DNA of 5,743 bases from a virus. Below the pieces are notes generated by a model that saw nothing but the letters and a program-made list of their open reading frames with translations, did not search any database and was not told the DNA's origin. How positions within the stretch are numbered: position 1 is the first letter of the stretch; the number at the start of each line of letters is the position of its first letter. The position numbers were made by a program, and so were the translations under genes. The stretch lies in IMG/VR virus record IMGVR_UViG_3300045988_005865; one strand, 5' to 3'. Shown one piece after another: positions 1 through 5,415 of the stretch.

Positions 1-85
1 CGCTTTCAAAACAAAGGAGCAAAACCGAGTTACTAATATATCAATTAAAATTCTAGAAAAGCTTGACTTTTTTCAAAAAAAAAAG
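1..85. repeat. Terminal redundancy, left copy. It is identical to 5659-5743 and marks a circular genome of 5658 nt.
   Basis: I compared cgctttcaaaacaaaggagc...gcttgacttttttcaaaaaaaaaag at 1-85 base by base with 5659-5743, and the match is exact and runs to the window end. This is a typical assembly overlap of a circular molecule, not a biological repeat. Confidence 0.9.
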
Positions 86-92
86 ATAAAAT
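63..92 (+). promoter_or_regulatory. Candidate sigma70/sigmaA-type promoter upstream of the peptidase gene
   Basis: TTGACT (63-68), an 18-nt spacer made of T6-C-A10, then TAAAAT (87-92). A perfect TATAAT sits at 92-97, but its spacer from the same -35 would be 23 nt. The site lies at the end of the non-coding region, upstream of the first gene of the + strand gene train. Confidence 0.35.
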
Positions 93-147
93 ATAATCAA
101 GTCCGCAGAGTAGGAACATACGATACCAGAAAAGAAGGTTGACAAAA

Positions 148-537
148 GTGATTAAAAGCTATATCATGGACACAGACGCAAACGAAAAAGTAGGGCAACA
201 CTTTAAAGTACGAGAATTCGCTTGCAAAGACGGATCACAAGTAGTTTTTATAGATAGTTACCTAGTATCTATCCTAGACATCCTCAGAAACCAAATCGGA
301 AAGCCTGTAATCATCAACAGTGGATACCGGACACCGGAAAAGAATAAAGCGGTAGGCGGTGCAAAGTATTCATACCACATGCGAGGAATGGCAGCAGACA
401 TACGGGTTAATGGAATGACCGCAAAAGAAATTGCCAACAGACTGAATAAAATCATTCCGAATGAATGCGGCATCATCGTATATAGCACGTGGGTACACAT
501 CGACACACGCACCAAAAAATACAGAAAGGGGGTATAA
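148..537 (+). CDS. Zinc D-Ala-D-Ala carboxypeptidase-like peptidoglycan peptidase (Peptidase M15A / Peptidase_M15_3 type), a putative endolysin
   Basis: The ORF is open from 139 to 537. The family pattern is clear: SGYRTPEKNKAVGGAKYSYHMRGMAADI ... GIIVYSTWVHIDTR. This gives the H-x6-D ... H zinc ligand set (H at nt 376-378, D in AAD, H in VHID). The start is ambiguous. TTG 139 directly abuts the SD-like AGAAGG (133-138). GTG 148 lies 9 nt after that SD and is preferred here. ATG 166 has no SD. Confidence 0.85.
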   Translation: MIKSYIMDTDANEKVGQHFKVREFACKDGSQVVFIDSYLVSILDILRNQIGKPVIINSGYRTPEKNKAVGGAKYSYHMRGMAADIRVNGMTAKEIANRLNKIIPNECGIIVYSTWVHIDTRTKKYRKGV

Positions 538-538
538 A

Positions 539-661
539 ATGGCACTGATTTCCATTAAGGACGTCAAACAGGCAATCCGCATTATGATGCAGATTCTCGA
601 AAAGCTTGACGAGATCTATCACGCACTGCATGATAGCATCAACGAAGACGAAAAGGAGTAA
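539..661 (+). CDS. Hypothetical small protein (40 aa, acidic, predicted helical)
   Basis: ATG 539 is preceded by GAAAGGGGG (525-533) at 5-nt spacing and lies 1 nt after the peptidase stop (TAA 535-537). The product is MALISIKDVKQAIRIMMQILEKLDEIYHALHDSINEDEKE. The track's longer 461..661 ORF overlaps the peptidase in another frame and has no SD. I recognise no family. Confidence 0.55.
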   Translation: MALISIKDVKQAIRIMMQILEKLDEIYHALHDSINEDEKE

Positions 662-665
662 AACC

Positions 666-893
666 ATGATGCACAAAACATGGAACGTAAGAGACCAGAC
701 CAAAGAAGCGTTGGAAATCCTACTCGAACGAAAGTACAAAGAAATTGATAGCAATTACAAGATGCTTAGAAAAGTGTCAAATATCGAAGACGCTAAAAGA
801 CTAATAGATGAAATTTGGCAAATGAAAAATTTTGCAAACACCATCGAAATAGAACTGATGAGAAGGAAGTATAAAAATGGCACGACATCGTAA
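666..893 (+). CDS. Hypothetical protein (75 aa, charged, helical or coiled-coil-like)
   Basis: ATG 666 lies 7 nt after AAGGAG (653-658) and 4 nt after the previous stop (TAA 659-661). The product is MMHKTWNVRDQTKEALEILLERKYKEIDSNYKMLRKV... The track's 606 start lies inside the upstream ORF and has no SD. I recognise no family. Confidence 0.6.
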   Translation: MMHKTWNVRDQTKEALEILLERKYKEIDSNYKMLRKVSNIEDAKRLIDEIWQMKNFANTIEIELMRRKYKNGTTS

Positions 894-999
894 GGCAGTA
901 GGCGGAGCAAAAGATCGCCATATGTTCAACGTAACCGCACGAAAAACCAAAACCATCAACCTTAGCCAGAAACCTATGCGCGGCGGTATCCGGCTGTAA
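877..999 (+). CDS. Small basic DNA-binding/packaging protein (gokushovirus ORF8-like, functional analogue of phiX174 J)
   Basis: This gene is not in the ORF track because it is only 40 aa. I translated it by hand: ATG 877 ... TAA 997-999 gives MARHRKAVGGAKDRHMFNVTARKTKTINLSQKPMRGGIRL. Eleven of the 40 residues are R or K. The C-terminal PMRGGIRL matches my recollection of Chlamydia-phage ORF8-type proteins. AGAAGGAAG (861-869) lies 7 nt upstream. The gene overlaps the preceding ORF by 17 nt in another frame. Confidence 0.7.
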   Translation: MARHRKAVGGAKDRHMFNVTARKTKTINLSQKPMRGGIRL

Positions 1000-1015
1000 A
1001 AGAAAGGAAAAAACA

Positions 1016-1255
1016 ATGGAACATCTGTATTACGGAATTTGGGACGAAGTAGCAAAGTGCTATGCATGGGTAGGCGAAAGCAAGAACAACGCAACCTTTG
1101 CGCGAATGTGCAACGTAATGGCAAAGGATGAAAAAACCTTCATTGGACAGGCGCCGGGGGACTACGTAGGCTACAGGCTGGCAAAGTTCGATGACGAAAC
1201 CGGAGCCTTCAACAACGACAAGGAAAAAGCATGGGAGGGCAAGCCGCATGAATAA
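1016..1255 (+). CDS. Conserved small microvirus non-structural protein (VP5-like), 79 aa
   Basis: ATG 1016 lies 7 nt after AGAAAGGA (1001-1008). The pattern YYGIWDEVAKCY...KNNATFARMC...DEKTFIGQAPGDYVGYRLAKFDDETGAF resembles the small protein recurrent in gokushovirus genomes (Y.I.D.VA..Y ... A.R.F ... P.D..L..LG.FDD.TG.F). This is recalled from family knowledge and was not searched. Confidence 0.65.
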   Translation: MEHLYYGIWDEVAKCYAWVGESKNNATFARMCNVMAKDEKTFIGQAPGDYVGYRLAKFDDETGAFNNDKEKAWEGKPHE

Positions 1256-1646
1256 ACGATACGAAGAAGGGCGAAAGCCCTTCTTTTCTGAATCGGGCGA
1301 AAAAATGCGAAAGCAATACGTTTGGACGAAAGATGAAAAAGGGAAGGAAGTGTTACAGGAGACTGCACCAATCGACATCCAGCAAGAAATCGAAAGCTAT
1401 GCAGAAGAATGCGACATCAAAAACATCGTCCGAAAAGCAAGTTTCGACCCGCAGTTTCTGAAAAGTCTGTCAGAAGGAGCGCTAGAAGGAACAGAGGTGG
1501 ATATCACCGAATTTCCGCAAAACATTCATGAGTATCACCGCATGATTGCGACCGCACAGACAAACGCAATGAAACTTGAAGAACTGCAAAAAAAGGCAGC
1601 AGAAGAAGCAAAAGCAGAGCCTAAAGCAAAGGAGGAAGAAAAGTGA
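1248..1646 (+). CDS. VP3: Internal scaffolding protein VP3 (132 aa from ATG 1248)
   Basis: The motif ESYAEECDIKNIVRKA matches the gokushovirus VP3 signature (D/E)ECD(I/V)N.I(V/L). The C-terminus is acidic and lysine-rich. GGGAGGG (1233-1239) lies 8 nt before ATG 1248, and the start overlaps the upstream stop (ATGAATAA, 1248-1255). The track's 1191 start would add 19 aa with no SD. Confidence 0.8.
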   Translation: MNKRYEEGRKPFFSESGEKMRKQYVWTKDEKGKEVLQETAPIDIQQEIESYAEECDIKNIVRKASFDPQFLKSLSEGALEGTEVDITEFPQNIHEYHRMIATAQTNAMKLEELQKKAAEEAKAEPKAKEEEK

Positions 1647-3328
1647 ATCGAAACAATGAACGGCACTTCAATCAGATTCCAGAAATGAAAGCAAGCCGAA
1701 CACGATTCAACCGTGACCAAACTATTCTCACAACGTTTGATTCCGGCAAGCTGATTCCGTTTTATGTTGACGAGGTGTTACCGGGCGATACATTCAACGT
1801 AGATACGTCAGCAATCATCCGAATGACCACGCCGAAGTATCCGGTGATGGACGATGCATTCATTGACTTCTACTATTTCTACTGTCCAAACCGCATTTTA
1901 TGGGATGATTTCAAGCACTTTATGGGAGAAGTTGAAGAAAAGCCCTGGATGCCAACGAAAGAATACAGTGTACCACAAATCGAAATCAAAGGGTCGAATT
2001 CTAACCCTAAACCGTATGAAGGCTCAATACTGGATTACATGGGAATCCCAACGAAAATTAAAAACACTTTCAAAATAAACGCACTTCCAATCAGAGCGTA
2101 CACAATGATTTGGAACGAATTTTTCAGGGACGAAAATGTAGAAAATGCGGCAGTATGGAAAAACAACAGCGAAAATACAGAATATAACGATACAAAAGAT
2201 GAAGGTAACCAAGAAGGAAATCTGCAGAGAGCAATCATGGGAGGAAGATGCCTACCGGTAAACAAATTCCACGACTACTTCACAAGCTGTCTGCCTTATC
2301 CTCAGCGCGGGCCGGAAGTGGCACTGCCATTAGAAGGGAATGCAGCGGTCAATCTATACGACAACCAGCAGCTAACAGAAAAAACACCAACAAACGAAAA
2401 CATATGGCTCAACGGCAACGTAAGAGGGCAAGAAAGTACATTGCCAAGAATCGGAAACTTCCCAACAGAATACAACAAAGGGTACCCCGCACTAATTAAC
2501 GGCGCGTTAGAAGATGCGGGAACTAAAAAGAAAGATGCATTCTTAGGAGCAGACCTTAGCACAGTAACTGCCGTAACCATCAACGAATTAAGAAAAGCCG
2601 TAGCAGTACAGCAGTACTACGAGGCACTTGCAAGAGGTGGCAGCCGTTACAGGGAACAGGTACAGGCACTATGGGATGTAGTAATTTCCGACAAAACCGT
2701 ACAAATCCCGGAATACCTTGGCGGTGGCAGATACCACGTCAACATGAACCAAATCGTACAGACAAGCGGACAGCAGAACAACAATGACACACCCATTGGT
2801 GAAACGGGTGCAATGTCAGTAACGCCCATCAACGAAAGCTCTTTTACCAAATCTTTTGAAGAGCACGGATTTATCATTGGTGTGTGCTGTGTACGGCACA
2901 ACCATTCGTACCAACAGGGACTCGAACGTTTTTGGAGCAGAACAGACAGGCTGGACTACTATGTACCGCAATTCGCAAATCTGGGCGAACAGCCGGTAAA
3001 GAAAAAAGAAATCATGCTGACCGGCACAGAAAGCGACGAAGAGACGTTCGGCTATCAGGAAGCATGGGCGGACTACAGAATGAAACCAAATCGAGTATCC
3101 GGCCTCATGAGAAGCAACGCAACGGGAACGCTGGACTTCTGGCATTATGCCGACAACTATGCAAACGTACCGACACTGTCGCAAGAATGGATGGCAGAAG
3201 GAAAGGAAGAAATTGCACGCACGTTGATCGTGCAAAATGAGCCACAGTTTTTCGGCGCAATCCGCGTAACAAACAAAACCACAAGACGGATGCCGCTATA
3301 CAGCGTACCGGGCTTGTATAAATTGTAA
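1643..3328 (+). CDS. VP1: Major capsid protein VP1 (Microviridae F-type capsid protein), 561 aa
   Basis: Several hallmark blocks are present: RTRFNRDQTILTTFDSGKLIPFYVDEVLPGDTF, DYMGIP, INALPIRAYTMIWNEFFRDEN, KFHDYFTSCLPYPQRGPE, TINELRKAVAVQQYYEALARGGSRYREQV and IPEYLGGG. The GTG start at 1643 lies 7 nt after AAGGAGG (1629-1635) and overlaps the VP3 stop as GTGA. Confidence 0.95.
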   Translation: MNRNNERHFNQIPEMKASRTRFNRDQTILTTFDSGKLIPFYVDEVLPGDTFNVDTSAIIRMTTPKYPVMDDAFIDFYYFYCPNRILWDDFKHFMGEVEEKPWMPTKEYSVPQIEIKGSNSNPKPYEGSILDYMGIPTKIKNTFKINALPIRAYTMIWNEFFRDENVENAAVWKNNSENTEYNDTKDEGNQEGNLQRAIMGGRCLPVNKFHDYFTSCLPYPQRGPEVALPLEGNAAVNLYDNQQLTEKTPTNENIWLNGNVRGQESTLPRIGNFPTEYNKGYPALINGALEDAGTKKKDAFLGADLSTVTAVTINELRKAVAVQQYYEALARGGSRYREQVQALWDVVISDKTVQIPEYLGGGRYHVNMNQIVQTSGQQNNNDTPIGETGAMSVTPINESSFTKSFEEHGFIIGVCCVRHNHSYQQGLERFWSRTDRLDYYVPQFANLGEQPVKKKEIMLTGTESDEETFGYQEAWADYRMKPNRVSGLMRSNATGTLDFWHYADNYANVPTLSQEWMAEGKEEIARTLIVQNEPQFFGAIRVTNKTTRRMPLYSVPGLYKL

Positions 3329-3339
3329 GAAAGGAGGAT

Positions 3340-3365
3340 GCCCGGGCAAAACCCGGGCTATTTTT
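3340..3365 (+). terminator. Intrinsic terminator/attenuator-like hairpin between VP1 and VP2
   Basis: GCCCGGG (3340-3346), loop CAAAA, CCCGGGC (3352-3358), then TATTTTT (3359-3365). This is a perfect 7-bp all-G/C stem followed by a T-run, 12 nt after the VP1 stop. Confidence 0.6.
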
Positions 3366-3367
3366 AA

Positions 3368-4204
3368 ATGAGTGTATTATCAGGCCTTTTAACAGGTTTA
3401 AACGTAGCGGGAAACGTGGCAAATACGATCGGAACTGTTGCAGGAGCAGCTAAAGACGTAGCCGGAATATTCGGCGGCTGGGGTCAAACCGGCAACAGCA
3501 AAAGCCAGGGCGGAGCCGTAAGCCAAGGCGGCGGACACTCAGAGAGCGAAAGTTATTCGGGCACAAACGTACAACAGGTAAACGACTGGCTTAGACAGGC
3601 ATATGCATACCAAGGGCAAGAAGCTGCCATGCAAGGTAAATACAACAGTCAAAGCATGCTTAAACAGATGGGTTACAACACCTTACAAGCAATCATGCAA
3701 GGCGTATATAACCACATTGAAAACAGCGTAGCAATGAGCTACAACAGTGCAGAAGCACTAGCAAACCGTAAATGGCAAGAGCACATGAGCAATACAGCAT
3801 ATCAAAGAGCCGTTGAAGATATGAGAAAAGCTGGGCTTAATCCAATCTTAGCTTTTGCCAACGGCGGTGCAAGCACGCCAGGCGGCAGTGCAGGAACAAT
3901 CAGCGGTGCAAGTATGGGACTAGCAAGCAGCAGCGCACTAGGAATAAGTAGAAGCGGCGGTTTCGTACCGAACGCATACGAAAGCAATAGCTGGAGTAAA
4001 AGCGACTGGTACAACGCATCACAAAGTTGGCAACAGATGCTCAGTAGTACGCAAATGACGCCTTATGGATTAGCAAAGACTTTAACAAGCATCGGAAACG
4101 ATACTGGAAAAGCAATAGAAAAAGCAACAGAACCAGAAAGTAAAAAGCACAAAAGCAAAGCTGGAGTAACACACGGCGGCGGTGGAGGTGAAATCAAAAA
4201 GTGA
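3368..4204 (+). CDS. VP2: DNA pilot / minor capsid protein VP2, 278 aa
   Basis: The N-terminus is Gly/Ala-rich and hydrophobic (MSVLSGLLTGLNVAGNVANTIGTVAGAAKDVAGIFGG). The central motif WQEHMSNTAYQRAVEDMRKAGLNPILA is typical of microvirus VP2/H-class pilot proteins. The C-terminal half is Ser/Gly-rich. ATG 3368 is the first possible start because an in-frame TAA lies at 3365-3367. Confidence 0.85.
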   Translation: MSVLSGLLTGLNVAGNVANTIGTVAGAAKDVAGIFGGWGQTGNSKSQGGAVSQGGGHSESESYSGTNVQQVNDWLRQAYAYQGQEAAMQGKYNSQSMLKQMGYNTLQAIMQGVYNHIENSVAMSYNSAEALANRKWQEHMSNTAYQRAVEDMRKAGLNPILAFANGGASTPGGSAGTISGASMGLASSSALGISRSGGFVPNAYESNSWSKSDWYNASQSWQQMLSSTQMTPYGLAKTLTSIGNDTGKAIEKATEPESKKHKSKAGVTHGGGGGEIKK

Positions 4205-5220
4205 GTTGCTACAAGCCATTAATAAGGCTGTACAACCCGAACGATAAAAACATCAGCGGGAGGGTGTATTCACTCTCCCGCTTTTCTCAGTTAGCGGGAA
4301 AACAGCTCAAATATGAAGACCTGATGTACAGAAAAGATATCATGTTGATACCATGCGGGCAGTGTATCGGATGTAGAATCAGACAAAGAGAGGACTGGAC
4401 AACACGAATAGAATTAGAAGCACGAGACTACCCAAGAGAACAAGTTTGGTTTATAACATTAACTTATAATGATGACCACGTACCAGGCATGATAGTAAAC
4501 ACAGGTGAAATCATGCGAAAAGTACAATACGTCTGGAAGCCGGGAAAGAAGCGCCCTGAAAGCGTCCAAACGTTGCTATATACTGACGTTCAAAAATTCT
4601 TAAAACGTCTCAGAAAAGCTTATAGGGGCAAATTACGCTATTTTGCAGCGGGAGAATACGGAGAACAGACAGCAAGACCGCATTATCATATGATACTGTA
4701 TGGATGGGAACCAACAGACCTAGAGCACCTATACAAGATACAACACAACGGATACTTCACAAGTAAATGGCTAGCAGACGTATGGGGCATGGGTCAGATA
4801 CAAATAGCGCAAGCGGTACCGGAAACATATAGATATGTTGCGGGATACGTCACAAAAAAAATGTATGAGATAGACGGTCAGAAAGCAAACGTATACTACG
4901 AACTGGGACAACAAAAACCTTTTGCGTGCATGAGCCTAAAGCCGGGCTTAGGAGATAACTATTACCAAAAGCACAAAGAAGAAATCTGGAGACAAGGGTA
5001 TATCCAATGCACAAACGGCAAACGCGCACAAATTCCACGTTATTATGAAAAGAAGATGGAAGCAGAAAACCCACAAAGGTTGTGGAGAATTAAACAGAAC
5101 AGGCAAGCAGCAGTCATAGCAGAAAACCGACTAAAGTACGAAAATGCAGACTTTGCAGAACAGTGCAAGACGAAAGAGAGAGTGATAAAGAAACAGATGA
5201 AGAAAAAAGGGACACTATAA
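4201..5220 (+). CDS. VP4: Replication initiation protein VP4 (HUH rolling-circle endonuclease), 339 aa
   Basis: MSCYKPL... N-terminus, then the PCGQCIGCRIRQREDW cysteine cluster. RCR motif 1 is FITLTY (nt 4450-4467). Motif 2 is PHYHMILYG (HYH at nt 4681-4689). Motif 3 is YRYVAGYVTKK (nt 4828-4860), carrying the catalytic tyrosines. GTG 4201 overlaps the VP2 stop as GTGA, and GGAGG (4184-4188) lies 12 nt upstream. Confidence 0.93.
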   Translation: MSCYKPLIRLYNPNDKNISGRVYSLSRFSQLAGKQLKYEDLMYRKDIMLIPCGQCIGCRIRQREDWTTRIELEARDYPREQVWFITLTYNDDHVPGMIVNTGEIMRKVQYVWKPGKKRPESVQTLLYTDVQKFLKRLRKAYRGKLRYFAAGEYGEQTARPHYHMILYGWEPTDLEHLYKIQHNGYFTSKWLADVWGMGQIQIAQAVPETYRYVAGYVTKKMYEIDGQKANVYYELGQQKPFACMSLKPGLGDNYYQKHKEEIWRQGYIQCTNGKRAQIPRYYEKKMEAENPQRLWRIKQNRQAAVIAENRLKYENADFAEQCKTKERVIKKQMKKKGTL

Positions 5221-5240
5221 CAGTGTCATAGTGTCACCTG

Positions 5241-5274
5241 GCCCAGTACCTATCAAGTAAGGTACTGGGCTTTT
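5241..5274 (+). terminator. Intrinsic terminator-like stem-loop downstream of VP4
   Basis: GCCCAGTACCT (5241-5251) pairs with AGGTACTGGGC (5260-5270), giving an 11-bp perfect stem with the 8-nt loop ATCAAGTA, followed by TTTT (5271-5274). It lies 20 nt after the VP4 stop. Confidence 0.65.
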
Positions 5275-5293
5275 GTCGTCTAAGGACTCCATG

Positions 5294-5320
5294 TATCAGT
5301 CTATTCAGTCTATCAAGTAA
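5294..5320 (+). repeat. Three tandem degenerate 8-9 nt repeats. The last one belongs to an 11-nt exact copy of the terminator-loop sequence.
   Basis: TATCAGTC (5294-5301), TATTCAGTC (5302-5310), TATCAAGTA (5311-5319). CTATCAAGTAA occurs exactly at 5250-5260 (the loop of the 5241-5270 hairpin) and again at 5310-5320, exactly 60 nt apart. Confidence 0.8.
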
Positions 5321-5327
5321 TATAATC

Positions 5328-5381
5328 TATAACGCACGTGCGCACACGCGCGATAGCGCGCACGCGCGCACGCGCGCTATA
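5328..5381. repeat. GC-rich, purine-pyrimidine alternating imperfect palindrome (hairpin/cruciform-capable) bracketed by TATAAT boxes
   Basis: The arms TATAACGCACGTGCGC (5328-5343) and GCGCACGCGCGCTATA (5366-5381) are complementary at 14 of 16 positions. An inner hairpin pairs GCGCG (5348-5352) with CGCGC (5357-5361) around the loop ATAG. Positions 5332-5352 and 5356-5377 each show perfect R/Y alternation. TATAAT occurs at 5321-5326 and 5378-5383. Confidence 0.85.
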
Positions 5382-5415
5382 ATATTAACTTGTTGTAGGA
5401 GTAGTAGTAGAGGCA

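Noticed and set aside
68-84. T6-C-A10 homopolymer pair that could form an A:T hairpin or act as a slippage or phase-variable tract.
   Set aside because: A pure A:T stem with a 1-nt loop is unstable. The tract lies in the promoter spacer and not in a coding frame. A10 runs are also common sites of sequencing error. Only the spacer-length caveat for the promoter call remains.
139-167. A perfect TTGACA at 139-144 with TATCAT 17 nt downstream, which might drive a leaderless ATG at 166.
   Set aside because: The -10 is weak, and this arrangement would discard the well-placed SD/GTG start. It more likely reflects coincidence with the ORF's 5' end.
56-610. A 12-nt exact repeat, GAAAAGCTTGAC, at 56-67 and 599-610, each containing a TTGAC -35-like element. 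This could indicate a second, internal promoter.
   Set aside because: About one 12-mer coincidence is expected by chance in a sequence this long. The second copy has only a poor -10 candidate (CATGAT, 629-634).
461-1250. Longer N-terminal extensions offered by the ORF track (461 for the 40-aa ORF, 606 for the 75-aa ORF, 1191 for VP3).
   Set aside because: The upstream ATGs lie inside the preceding genes and have no SD. The internal ATGs at 539, 666 and 1248 each have a strong, correctly spaced SD and sit at or next to the upstream stop codon.
1854-3240. Alternative-frame + strand ORFs inside VP1 (1854..2078, 2248..2499, 2884..3240), the last two extremely basic.
   Set aside because: Overlapping genes do exist in phiX174-type phages, so I considered these. 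None has an SD before its ATG. Their R/K richness is what a shifted reading of AAA/GAA/AGA-rich sequence produces. A rough estimate gives one or two chance ORFs of this length in a window this size. Only conservation analysis could rescue them.
3338-3367. A 9-codon mini-ORF (ATG CCC GGG CAA AAC CCG GGC TAT TTT TAA) immediately after the AAGGAGG at 3331-3337.
   Set aside because: The ATG directly abuts the SD with zero spacing, and the ORF is simply the terminator hairpin read as codons. A leader-peptide role cannot be supported.
258-5074. Numerous minus-strand ORFs of 61-139 aa in the track (e.g. 974..1378, 2816..3235, 3105..3422, 801..1124).
   Set aside because: All of them lie antisense to well-supported + strand genes. 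They lack SD sequences and translate to low-complexity, Cys/Phe/Leu-rich products typical of antisense frames of A-rich genes. Microviridae transcribe one strand only. ORFs of this length are expected by chance at this base composition.
5396-5410. A (GTA/TAG) microsatellite, gtaggagtagtagtag, giving four TAG stops in one frame.
   Set aside because: It is very short, no upstream ORF in that frame needs termination, and it is probably incidental.
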